DNA of 64,000 nucleotides. Origin: Parcubacteria group bacterium Greene0714_7. Lineage in GTDB: Bacteria; Patescibacteriota; Minisyncoccia; Phycocordibacterales; Phycocordibacteraceae. Location of the stretch: contig VMHB01000003.1 of assembly GCA_007378985.1 (NCBI GenBank), positions 28,283 to 92,282 on the forward strand. Direction: 5' to 3'. The notes under the pieces were generated by a model. The model ran no database searches, had not been told where the DNA came from, and saw only the letters and a list, made by a program, of their open reading frames with translations. This document shows positions 45,392 through 54,826 of the stretch, one piece after another (position 1 is the stretch's first letter; the number at the start of each line of letters is the position of its first letter). The position numbers were made by a program, and so were the translations under genes.

Positions 45392-45597
45392 GTTGAATAA
45401 AAGCACTTGAGTCTGGTACCCAGCCAGACAAGCTGCGCACGAAATTCCACGGTGGATATAAGTGCGACGGAAAAGGAAACCGTAAAAAATACCTAAAGCG
45501 TGTCAGCCGAAAGGCAGGAGCGCTAAGAACAAAGAAGGGTGGTACCGCGATATTTTCGCCCCTCATTCCCGAAAGGGAGTGAGGGGCATTTATTTTG
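45392..45597 (+). ncRNA. T-box riboswitch leader (probably tRNA-Pro-responsive): Stem I ~45403-45466, T-box sequence AGGGTGGTACCGCG (45536-45549), antiterminator, and the terminator CCCCTCA...TGAGGGG with a T-run (45559-45597)
   Basis: Canonical T-box sequence with the UGGU bulge. The A1/A2 helices (AGGG/CCCT and GCG/CGC) overlap the 5' strand of the terminator. The downstream genes are proA-proC-proB-(csaA)-proS. Confidence 0.7.
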
Positions 45598-45633
45598 CCC
45601 AAACACAAGAATATTATTCTAAAAAAATTACAT

Positions 45634-46866
45634 ATGAAAAATAATCTCAAGCAAATACGCAAAGCCTCACTCTTGCTCGCAGGAGCAAATGAGGCTTCGC
45701 GTAATAAATTTTTACGGCTTCTCACTTTAGAAGTAAAGAAAAATAAAAAGAAAATATTGGAAGCGAACGCTACTGATATGGCTCGCGCCAGAGCCGGCAC
45801 TCTTTCCTCCGCTTTCATTGAACGACTTCACCTTGATGAAAAAGGCTTAGAGCACATAGTTGAAAAGCTTCGTGGTGTAGAAAAACTCCAAAGTGGGCTT
45901 GGTGAAGTTATAGAACAAAGAAAAGGTTTCAAGGGATTGCTTTTCAAGAAGGTGCGCACTCCGCTCGGGGTTTTGATGATTATTTACGAAGCAAGACCAG
46001 AAGTAACCATAGATGTTGTTGCATTAGGAATAAAGTCTGGGAATGCCGTCATCGTGAAAGGTGGCTCCGAAGCGCTCTCTACCAATAGGGCGCTCTATGA
46101 ATGCATACGCACCGCTTTGAAAAAATCACACTTACCTGAGGATTCTGTTCATTTTATAGCAACATCTGATCGCAGAGTTACCAATGATTTCTTGAAGCAA
46201 AATGACTTCATTGATTTGGTTATTGCTCGTGGTGGTTACAAGATGGTAAAAGCGGTAATGAGCGCTTCAACAATTCCAGTCCTTGCTCATGCTGCTGGTG
46301 GAGCGAGAATATACGTAGACAAGAGCGCAGATCTCCATAGTGCAGAAAAGATACTGGTGAATGCAAAAATCACGAAACCTTCAGCGTGCAATTCTCTAGA
46401 CACTATTGTGGTGCACAAGGGCATTGCGAAGAAATTTGTCCCGAAGATAGTAGAAGTAATGGAGCGAGTGGGAGTCACTGTCCTTGGAGATGCTGAATCA
46501 AAAGAGTATGCAAAAGTGAAGAGCGCAGTTTCAGCAGATTGGGATACTGAATTTCTTGCGCTCACTGTAGCTATTAAAATAGTAAAAGACGCTGAAGAAG
46601 CTGGTCAGTTTGTGAATGAGTACAGTAAACAGCATTCAGAAGGAATTATTGCAAAAAATAAAAAGGTCGTGCGTGAATTCGTGAACTCCATTGATGCGGC
46701 GGCTGTCTTCATCAACTGCTCGCCAAGGCTTCATGATGGCTATGTATTCGGTCTTGGCTCTGAAATGGGAATCTCTACGGGAAAGTTGCACGCAAGGGGA
46801 CCTGTAGGGCTTAAAGAATTAACAACCTATAAATGGGAAGTGTATGGAAAAGGTCAAATCCGTTAA
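45634..46866 (+). CDS. proA: gamma-glutamyl phosphate reductase
   Basis: Aldehyde dehydrogenase-like ProA motifs (GNAVIVKGGSEA...). The start is taken as the first ATG after the leader terminator; the ORF track begins at 45595. Confidence 0.85.
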   Translation: MKNNLKQIRKASLLLAGANEASRNKFLRLLTLEVKKNKKKILEANATDMARARAGTLSSAFIERLHLDEKGLEHIVEKLRGVEKLQSGLGEVIEQRKGFKGLLFKKVRTPLGVLMIIYEARPEVTIDVVALGIKSGNAVIVKGGSEALSTNRALYECIRTALKKSHLPEDSVHFIATSDRRVTNDFLKQNDFIDLVIARGGYKMVKAVMSASTIPVLAHAAGGARIYVDKSADLHSAEKILVNAKITKPSACNSLDTIVVHKGIAKKFVPKIVEVMERVGVTVLGDAESKEYAKVKSAVSADWDTEFLALTVAIKIVKDAEEAGQFVNEYSKQHSEGIIAKNKKVVREFVNSIDAAAVFINCSPRLHDGYVFGLGSEMGISTGKLHARGPVGLKELTTYKWEVYGKGQIR

Positions 46867-47662
46867 GAAAAAAATAACCATCGTTGGCGGAGGTCATATT
46901 GGTCTCGCGCTCGCCATGGGGTTAGTGCGAAGTGGTGCGGTGAAGGGTTCTCAGTTGACGGTGAGTAGTCGGCGTCTCTCGAAAATTCAGCACCTGAAAA
47001 AAATTGGCATTGCTGTCACTGACGACAATGCTTCTGCTGTGGCTCATGCTGATTGGGTATTCCTTGCGGTGAAGCCGAAGCTTGTTGGTAGTGTGCTTGC
47101 GGGTCTACAGGGTTCCATAAAAAAGCAATTAATTATTTCGCTTGCCGCAGGAGTCACTATTAAGAAACTCAAAAGCTACGCTCCGAACGTGGGTACTTTC
47201 GCACGAATTATGCCCAACATTCCAATAGCTCATATGAGCGGAGTTGTGGGTCTTTTTGCAGGAACGATATCCAAAACGAATCATGCAGAGTTGAAGGAAA
47301 TGCTTCAGGTATTGGGGTTTGTATTGCAGGTGAAAGACGAACGCGAGCTTGAAATGCTCACGGTAGTGTCAGGTTCCGGTCCTGCGACAGTGTCCTTCTT
47401 CATTGACGCACTTGCGCATGCCGGTCGAGAGTTAGGTCTATCACAGAGCACGGCAGATGCTCTTGCAAAGAATACGTTCAAAGGCACCAGCGCGTACATG
47501 GATGTAGAAAATGTTTCAGCAGAAAGCCTTATGAATTCCGTAGCAACAAAGGGAGGGCTTACTGAAGCGATACTGGGGAGTTTAAAGGAAAGTAGTGTGC
47601 GAAGAAGTATCGCTCGAGCGTTGAAAGTTGGGTATGTGAAAATAAAAAAACTGAGAAATTAA
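46844..47662 (+). CDS. proC: pyrroline-5-carboxylate reductase
   Basis: ITIVGGGHIGLALAMGL Rossmann motif and P5CR architecture. Confidence 0.8.
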   Translation: MEKVKSVKKKITIVGGGHIGLALAMGLVRSGAVKGSQLTVSSRRLSKIQHLKKIGIAVTDDNASAVAHADWVFLAVKPKLVGSVLAGLQGSIKKQLIISLAAGVTIKKLKSYAPNVGTFARIMPNIPIAHMSGVVGLFAGTISKTNHAELKEMLQVLGFVLQVKDERELEMLTVVSGSGPATVSFFIDALAHAGRELGLSQSTADALAKNTFKGTSAYMDVENVSAESLMNSVATKGGLTEAILGSLKESSVRRSIARALKVGYVKIKKLRN

Positions 47663-47675
47663 TCTGGTCTCTCGT

Positions 47676-48737
47676 ATGTATAAAAGAATCGTGATTAAAA
47701 TAGGAACCGGAGTCATAACAGAACATGATTGCCTCGAGGAGAGTGTCGTTCGCGATCTCGTACGCCAAGTGGTGGCACTTCGCGAGCGAGGTATTGAAAC
47801 AGTAATAGTGAGCTCGGGTGCTGTTGCGACGGGGCGTAGTCTCCTATCGTCTTTGAGCGGATCTGAAGATGGCGCGCATAGGCAGGTGTATGCGGCTGTC
47901 GGGCAAATAGGTTTGATGTCCCTCTACAGTAAGATTTTTTCCGAACACAGGTATGCTTCAGCGCAAGTCTTGGTCACAAAAGAAGATTTCAGGGACAAGA
48001 ATCATTATGCGAGCATGAAAAGGTGCTTCGAGAATCTTCTCCGAGAGCGCATTGTGCCTATTGTGAATGAAAACGACGTCATCGCACGGCACGAACTTTC
48101 ATTCAGCGACAACGATGAGCTTGCTGGGCTTGTTGCATCACAAATAAATGCGGATCTTGTGGTTATGCTTTCGAGTGTCGACGGCATACTTGAAGGTGTT
48201 GGCACAGCAGGACCGGTGATAGCCGAGGTCACGCCTGAGAATGCAGAATCGCTTGCGCTTCATGTAACGGAAGCAAAATCAGTAGGCGGGCGAGGAGGAA
48301 TGAAAAGGAAATTTGAAATAGCGAAGAGGCTCATGGCGCAAGGAATTGAAGTGTTTGTAGGAAATGGTAGAGAAAGAGATGTTCTCATTGCGGTAGTAGA
48401 AGGAGACCTTTTGGGGACCCGCTTCATTCCTGACCGCAAGCTCTCTGCAATAAAACGCCGGTTATCTAACTCAGAAGGTCTTTCTGCGGGTGCCGCCTAC
48501 GTGGATGCACGTGCGGAGGAAGTGCTCCTCTCAGGCGGGTTCGTGAGTCTGCTTCCTGTGGGTATCACAAAAATTGAAGGAAACTTCAAAAAGGGAGATG
48601 TTATTGAAATTAGGAACTCTGCGAAAAAGAAAATCGGCTCAGGCATCGCGCAATATGATGCTACAAAAGCGGTGGAGAATTGCGGCAAGAAAGGAGCGAA
48701 AGCACTGGTGCACTATGATTATCTCTTTATTGGCTGA
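47676..48737 (+). CDS. proB: glutamate 5-kinase with a C-terminal PUA domain
   Basis: Amino-acid kinase fold (IVIKIGTGVIT...) followed by a PUA-like C-terminus. Confidence 0.85.
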   Translation: MYKRIVIKIGTGVITEHDCLEESVVRDLVRQVVALRERGIETVIVSSGAVATGRSLLSSLSGSEDGAHRQVYAAVGQIGLMSLYSKIFSEHRYASAQVLVTKEDFRDKNHYASMKRCFENLLRERIVPIVNENDVIARHELSFSDNDELAGLVASQINADLVVMLSSVDGILEGVGTAGPVIAEVTPENAESLALHVTEAKSVGGRGGMKRKFEIAKRLMAQGIEVFVGNGRERDVLIAVVEGDLLGTRFIPDRKLSAIKRRLSNSEGLSAGAAYVDARAEEVLLSGGFVSLLPVGITKIEGNFKKGDVIEIRNSAKKKIGSGIAQYDATKAVENCGKKGAKALVHYDYLFIG

Positions 48738-48774
48738 GCTAAAACAGCATTAGAAAATTAAATTAATTTTTTTT

Positions 48775-49110
48775 ATGGCAACTATAGATGATTTGGGAAT
48801 TGTAGATATTAGGGTTGGAAAAATTATTGAAGTGTTTGATTTTCCCGAAGCAAGAAAGCCTGCGTATAAGTTGACCATTGATTTTGGATCTGATATTGGC
48901 ATCAAACATTCATCCGCACAGCTTGTGAAACATCACACAAAAGAAGAACTTCTCGGCAAGAAGGTTCTTGGTGTAGTCAATTTTCCTCCTCGGCAAATTG
49001 GACCTTTTGTTTCAGAGTGTTTGACGCTCGGTGTGCCCGATTCAGAGGGGCAGGCAATTCTTGTTGTCCCAAGCAATGATTCTGCCATTGTTGGCGGAAA
49101 GCTCTTTTAG
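48775..49110 (+). CDS. csaA: tRNA-binding protein (CsaA/Trbp111-like OB-fold)
   Basis: DIRVGKIIEV...LGVVNFPPRQIGPFVSE, a Myf-domain signature. Confidence 0.7.
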   Translation: MATIDDLGIVDIRVGKIIEVFDFPEARKPAYKLTIDFGSDIGIKHSSAQLVKHHTKEELLGKKVLGVVNFPPRQIGPFVSECLTLGVPDSEGQAILVVPSNDSAIVGGKLF

Positions 49111-49127
49111 GCTGTACTATTTCGAGA

Positions 49128-50381
49128 ATGAAGCAGTCACATCTCTTTACTAAAACCCGCAAGGATGCCCCAAAAGATGAGGTTTCCGAGAATGCTCAGC
49201 TTCTAATTCGAGGTGGCTACATTCACAAGGAAATGGCTGGTGTGTACGATTTACTTCCACTCGGACTTCGTGTTTTTAAAAAAATTGAAAACATTATTCG
49301 AGAGGAAATGAATGCACTTGGCGGGCAGGAAGTTTCTTTTTCTGTTTTGCAGAATCCAGAACTCTGGAAGGCGACTGATCGCTGGGACGATAAAAAAATA
49401 GATAATTGGTTTAAGACTGAACTGAAATCAGGAGGGGAGCTTGGACTTTCTTTTACGCATGAAGAACCAATCACAAAAGCGGTTGCCATGCAGGTATCGA
49501 GCTACCGTGATTTACCTCGATATGTGTACCACTTTCAGTCAAAGTTTCGAAACGAACTTCGCACCAAATCCGGCATCATGCGTGGGCGCGAGTTTGTGAT
49601 GAAAGATTTATATTCATTTTGTCGCTCAGAAGAAGAGCTCGATGCATTTTATAAAGAGGTGGGTATCGCCTATGAAAATATATTCCGTCGTGTTGGCTTG
49701 GGTGATATTACCTACCTCACATTTGCATCGGGCGGAGTATTTTCAAAATTCAGTCATGAGTTCCAAACGGTTTCAACTGCAGGTGAAGACACTATATATA
49801 TAGACACGGAAAAGCGGATTGCAGTGAACGATGAAGTCATGACAGAGGAAGTGCTTGAAGAGCTCTCGCTTGATCGCAATAAGTTGGTAGAAGCAAAATC
49901 TATCGAAGTGGGTAACATCTTTAAACTCGGCACGAAGTACGCTGATGCTCTTGGTCTCAAATACAAAGACAAAGACGGGAAAGATGCCGAGGTACACATG
50001 GGCTCATACGGCATAGGTGTAGGACGACTTCTCGGCACCGTGGTGGAAGTATTGTGCGATGAGAAGGGAATTGTCTGGCCTGCTTCTATTGCACCCTTCG
50101 ATGTTCATCTTGTTGAGCTCTCACAAGGGGATGAAAAAATACGAGGCCTAGCTGATTCTTTATATGAAGAACTTCAAGCTGTTGGTGTTGAGGTTTTGTA
50201 CGATGAGCGAGATACGCGCGCGGGAGAGAAATTTGCAGACTCAGATCTTTTAGGTATGCCATACCGCATAGTGGTAGGACGACAGTCAACCGAAGATTCA
50301 TTTGAAATTGTGAGACGCGTTGATGGGCTAAAAAAGACGGTATCAAAACGGGCACTGTTAACTCAAAATTATGGCTTTTAA
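49128..50381 (+). CDS. proS: proline--tRNA ligase (short form lacking an editing insertion)
   Basis: Class II motifs with a ProRS-specific N-terminus (LLIRGGYIHKEMAGVYDLLPLGLRVFKKIE). Confidence 0.8.
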   Translation: MKQSHLFTKTRKDAPKDEVSENAQLLIRGGYIHKEMAGVYDLLPLGLRVFKKIENIIREEMNALGGQEVSFSVLQNPELWKATDRWDDKKIDNWFKTELKSGGELGLSFTHEEPITKAVAMQVSSYRDLPRYVYHFQSKFRNELRTKSGIMRGREFVMKDLYSFCRSEEELDAFYKEVGIAYENIFRRVGLGDITYLTFASGGVFSKFSHEFQTVSTAGEDTIYIDTEKRIAVNDEVMTEEVLEELSLDRNKLVEAKSIEVGNIFKLGTKYADALGLKYKDKDGKDAEVHMGSYGIGVGRLLGTVVEVLCDEKGIVWPASIAPFDVHLVELSQGDEKIRGLADSLYEELQAVGVEVLYDERDTRAGEKFADSDLLGMPYRIVVGRQSTEDSFEIVRRVDGLKKTVSKRALLTQNYGF

Positions 50382-51355
50382 ATTACCGCGAAAAATAGCA
50401 GAGCGGTTCTCAAAGGATATTGGTATTGATCTCGGTACCGCGACAAGTGGTTGCTGTGGGAGCTTCCGCGAGAGACATGATAGGGAGGACCCCGACACAC
50501 ATCACTGCCATTAGGCCTCTCGTTGAGGGTGTTATTTCTGATTTCGAAGTGACCGAAGAAATGCTTACCTATCTGATTCAAAAAGCACAAACGGAGAAAA
50601 TGCTCTTAGGTCCCCGTGTTGTTATTGGTGTTCCTTCAGGTATTACCAATGTAGAAATTCGCGCTGTCAGAGATGCCGCAAAAAATGCTGGTGCGAGGGA
50701 AGTGTTAATTATTGAAGAGCCTATGGCTGCAGCTTTGGGCGCACGGCTTCCTGTTGAGAGCGCTGTGGGGACAATGCTCGTGGACATTGGTGGAGGTACT
50801 ACCGACATCGCGCTCATGTCACTCGGTGGAATAGTCCGTGCAAAGAATATTCGAATCGCGGGAGATGTTTTGAATGATGATATTGCGAGTTACATTCGTA
50901 GCGAATTCAAAATTTTAATTGGTGAGCGCACCGCTGAGGATGTAAAAGTTGCAGTTGGTTCAGCAATCAAGTTACCAGTGGCACTAGAGACACACATTCG
51001 AGGTCGTGATTTAGTGACGGGACTTCCCCGTGAAATTGTTATTACTGATGCAGATATACGAGAAGCCACTGGCTCCTCTATTATTTCGATTGTTGAAGCG
51101 ATAAAAGAAGTTATTGAAACAGCCCCTCCTGAAGTGGTCTCTGATGTGATGCGTCTCGGTATTTTCCTTACGGGTGGGGGTGCGCTCCTCCGAGGGCTTC
51201 CTGAACTTTTGGCATCAGAGCTTAAGGTACCTATTCATGTAGTCGATGACCCACTCACTACGGTTGTTCGTGGGACCGGCATTGTGCTCGAAGATGTTGA
51301 AAAATATCGCGCAGTATTAGTCGATGACGATGATGGTGTACTCGCGGGGTTCTAA
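50371..51355 (+). pseudogene. mreB: MreB homolog (head of the mreBCD-mrdA cluster) with an N-terminal frameshift or deletion: the DIGIDLGTAT phosphate-1 motif is encoded from the ATG at 50371 in one frame, and the remaining ~300 aa from 50420 in the +1 frame; about 25-30 aa are missing between them
   Basis: Frame A reads MAFKLPRKIAERFSKDIGIDLGTATSGCCGSF... and reaches a stop at ~50512. Frame B reads (TTG)VLISVPRQVVAVGASARDMIGRTP... through the canonical MreB C-terminus. Confidence 0.6.
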
Positions 51356-52055
51356 AACACGACTCCATTTTCTTACTGGCGTTAGCTCGAACATCGGTTC
51401 GTTCATGAGGGGAATTGTGGCAAATGTTGTAGCTCCTCGCGCAAAGGCCGATGAGTATAGTGCACTGTCGAAAAATGCACTCATCGCTCGCCTCAATATT
51501 GCCGATGCTGAATTGAAGCGCACGCACTATCAAGCGCTTTTATATAGTCTCTTAGCGAATGAAAATGCATCGCTTCGTGAGTCGGTGAGCGCAGTGGCAA
51601 CTCCCCATGGCGTTACCGCTCGTGTTATTGCGAGACCTCCTCGAACAAATTACGACACACTCCTCATTGATGTAGGGAAATCGGGCGGTATCAATGAAAA
51701 TGATGTGGCCATATATCAAGGTGTGGTGCTTGGGCGCATTAGTGCTGTTGATAGCAATAGTGCGACAGTGACTTTGTTTTCAAGTTCAGGTGTTTCGCAT
51801 GATGTCATTCTCGGCGATCCACGTGCGGTTGCAGTAGCTAAAGGTTTGGGCGGTGGCGCGTTTGAAGTTTCTGTCCCCCAAGGTGTAAAAGTTGCAATAG
51901 GAGATTCAGTACGATTTCCTGCAACTGAGTCGCTTGTTGCTGGCGTTGTTCAAAGTATTTCTGCCGAGGTACGTGATGTATCTCAAATAATACGATTCAC
52001 CATTCCATTTTCATTTTCTGAACTTGATTTTATTCGAATTATTCCTACCCGATGA
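51324..52055 (+). CDS. mreC: rod shape-determining protein MreC
   Basis: Position after mreB, an N-terminal TM and coiled coil, and a beta-rich C-terminal domain. Confidence 0.65.
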   Translation: MTMMVYSRGSKTRLHFLTGVSSNIGSFMRGIVANVVAPRAKADEYSALSKNALIARLNIADAELKRTHYQALLYSLLANENASLRESVSAVATPHGVTARVIARPPRTNYDTLLIDVGKSGGINENDVAIYQGVVLGRISAVDSNSATVTLFSSSGVSHDVILGDPRAVAVAKGLGGGAFEVSVPQGVKVAIGDSVRFPATESLVAGVVQSISAEVRDVSQIIRFTIPFSFSELDFIRIIPTR

Positions 52056-52309
52056 TTGCCCGCATAGGACTGAGTGTGGCGTTTTTCGCGAGTGTGTTTT
52101 TCTGTCCTTGGTGGCTCACTGTAGCTTTGGGTATTCTTTTGCTTTCACTTTTTGAAGCCAGCGTACTCGTCATTATTGGGGGTATCTGTATGGATTTAGT
52201 TTTTGGTGCACCAATGGTTCCATTTGGAGGATTTCAGTATCTCTACACAGCACTTTTTTTCATGCTCGTTATATTTTCATGGTATCTTCACCGAACTCTT
52301 TCAGAATAA
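52052..52309 (+). CDS. mreD: rod shape-determining protein MreD (short)
   Basis: Small polytopic membrane protein positioned between mreC and mrdA. Confidence 0.5.
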   Translation: MIARIGLSVAFFASVFFCPWWLTVALGILLLSLFEASVLVIIGGICMDLVFGAPMVPFGGFQYLYTALFFMLVIFSWYLHRTLSE

Positions 52310-52318
52310 AATAGTAGT

Positions 52319-53916
52319 ATGACTATATTTCGTCGCATTTTTAATCGAAAAAAACGATATCAGGAAATTGAACCTGACGAAATTCTTATTGATGCAGCAA
52401 ACCTGCCTGCGTTCGATACCTCTAGACTTGAAGGAAGAATTGAGAGGCCTGTAGGTACTTCCGTATTCACTGGTTTTTTTTCTATTGTCTTGCTTGTTGG
52501 GGTCATATTTATAGGAGCACTGATTAATTTACAGATTGTCCAATATCAATCTTTATCTGCGCGCGCTGAAGCCAATCGACTTGCACATTCAGTAATTATT
52601 GCTGACCGTGGTCTTATTCTTGATCGTACTGGAGTAGTCTTGGCAGGTAATACAGCAGGAATATCAGAAACACTCGCTTCTTCAACGACAAAAAAAGATG
52701 CGCCTCTCGGCCTTTTTGCAACAAGGAAATATCCTTTTGGTTCTTCTGCGTCAGTGTTGGTGGGGTATGTGTCATATCCAAAAGCGGATCAAAATGGGTA
52801 TTGGTACCAAGATCACACGGCAGGTGTTGTTGGAGTTGAGTCTTTGTATGATGAGGCACTCTCTGGGACGAACGGTCTCAGTATTGCTGAAACAGATGCA
52901 TCGGGAAATGTGGTTTCAGGCAGTATGGTGCGCACCGCAAAGACTGGGAGTGACATTCGTCTTTCCATTGATGCAGGTCTTCAAAAGGCAATGCATGAAG
53001 CCATTGCACATCGGTCTGAGGAGTCAAAATGGCGTGGTGGTTCTGGTGTAATTATGGATGTACAAACAGGGGAGCTCTTAGCGGTAGTGAGTTATCCGTC
53101 GTTTGATCCTGAAGTTATGTCGAGCGGTTCACCTAAAGATGCTGTTGCAAAATTTTATCGACTGGATCAATTTCCATTCCCAATCCGTATGATCCTTCTA
53201 AGCCCTCTGTCTTTAAAGATTGGAAAGCACACGGGTGGGTTGATATTCGCAAGGCGCTCTCAGTGTCGTCTGATGTTTATTTCTACGCGATAGGTGGCGG
53301 GTATCAAGACCAAGTGGGACTTGGTATTGCAACAATTGATAAGTACATGCGTATGTTTGGTTTTGGAAAAGAAACAGGTGTACCAATGTCAGGTGAAGAA
53401 TTTGGTACAGTTCCAGACCCAGAGTGGAAAGCAAACATGTTTGATGGAGAGCGGTGGTTTCTTGGAAACACATACCACACAGCAATTGGGCAGTACGGCT
53501 TCCAGGTAACGGTGATGCAGTTAGTTCGGAGCACTGCAGCGATTGCAAACGATGGAATGTTAATTACACCAGTGATTGAAGCAGGACAAAATGGATTACA
53601 TACAAATGTCGCAGTAAGTTCTAGTAACTTAGAGGTTGTTCGGGAAGGTATGCGACTCGCTGTTACGGAAGGCTTGGCGCAAGCGCTTGCAGTTCCCGGT
53701 GTGCGTGCCGCTGCAAAGACAGGGACTGCAGAAGTTGGCGCGCGTAAAGAATCCATCAACTCACTTGTTGTTGGATTCTTCCCCTATGAGAGTCCTAAGT
53801 ATGCATTTGCGGTGGTGATGGAACGCGCAAAGGCAGGCACACCGCAAGGGGCACCTGCGGTGATGGGAGAAGTGCTTCGTTTTATTGTTAGTGAAAGACC
53901 AGAGATGGTGAAGTAG
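52319..53916 (+). pseudogene. mrdA: penicillin-binding protein 2 (mrdA) split by a frameshift near 53165-53185 into ORFs 52319-53293 and 53263-53916
   Basis: ORF1 carries the N-terminal and dimerisation domains up to ...SYPSFDPEVMSSGSPKDAVAKFY. The other frame continues ...IPNPYDPSKPSVFKDWKAHGWVDIRKALSVSSDVYFY... with SxxK (SVFK), SSD-type and KTGTA motifs. The junction lies in a ttt/ccc-rich stretch. Confidence 0.6.
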
Positions 53917-54033
53917 GTTTCAGGTGCCAGCTTTCAGCTTTCAGGTGACACCTCATCAGATCCACAAGGACTACAGAAAAGGAGAGCAGAGATAGGATTT
54001 TTTCTATCTAAAATATGTTCTAATTCGTGGGCA

Positions 54034-54567
54034 TTGCGTATTTTTGCAATGCCACTTACAATATCGCATACCACTATGAAAGCACGTACAAAAGGTGATC
54101 AATCAGAAGAACAAAATCTTCTTTCTCAGGAAAAATTTGATGAATTAAAGTTGGAGCTCGAGCGTTTAGTTACCGTTGCAAGAAGAGAAATCGCAGAAGG
54201 CCTTGAGTACGCACGCTCTCTTGGCGACCTTTCAGAGAATGCTGAATATCAGGCAGCGCGTGAACTGCAAGCAGCGACGGAAGAGCGCATTCGCAGGCTC
54301 GAGCACATCATAAAATCAGCGGTCATTATTTCAGAAAAGAAAAAAGGAGTTGCAGGTTTTGGCTCAACAGTTACGATTCGCAAAAAAGGTGACAAAGGCG
54401 AGCATGCATACACCATTGTAGGAAGTGAGGAAGCAGATATGCGTCAGCACAAGATTTCTCACCTCTCGCCACTCGGTGAAGCCATGATGAACAAAAAGAA
54501 GGGTGAGACATTTACATTCTCAACTCCAAGCGGAAGACAGGAGTACACGGTTATTGAGATTTCTTAA
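54034..54567 (+). CDS. greA: transcription elongation factor GreA
   Basis: Coiled-coil N-domain plus FKBP-like C-domain motifs. The true start is probably the ATG at ~54079. Confidence 0.85.
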   Translation: MRIFAMPLTISHTTMKARTKGDQSEEQNLLSQEKFDELKLELERLVTVARREIAEGLEYARSLGDLSENAEYQAARELQAATEERIRRLEHIIKSAVIISEKKKGVAGFGSTVTIRKKGDKGEHAYTIVGSEEADMRQHKISHLSPLGEAMMNKKKGETFTFSTPSGRQEYTVIEIS

Positions 54568-54826
54568 GTCCATGGGCATAGAACAAAGTCACGGGACCTT
54601 CTACATTACGGGCGTTGAAGTAACGAAGGCTGAAACAGCAGGAGGAATAGACGGCTTTCCACGCTGGACTAAAGCGGGATGGAAGAAAAGACAGCAGGAA
54701 AAATTAGATAGAGAAGCAAAGAGCCGAAAGAAAAATTAGCTTTCTTAAATAATTTAGGCATTCTTATTCTCCCTACCTTGGGAGAATTTTCTTGTATATC
54801 AAGCTTCTTTAGCTTAGGATTGACTG

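Noticed and set aside
45378-45818. 146-aa minus-strand ORF
   Set aside because: It overlaps the T-box leader and the proA 5' end on the opposite strand. The sequence is low-complexity and Phe/Arg-rich with no support.
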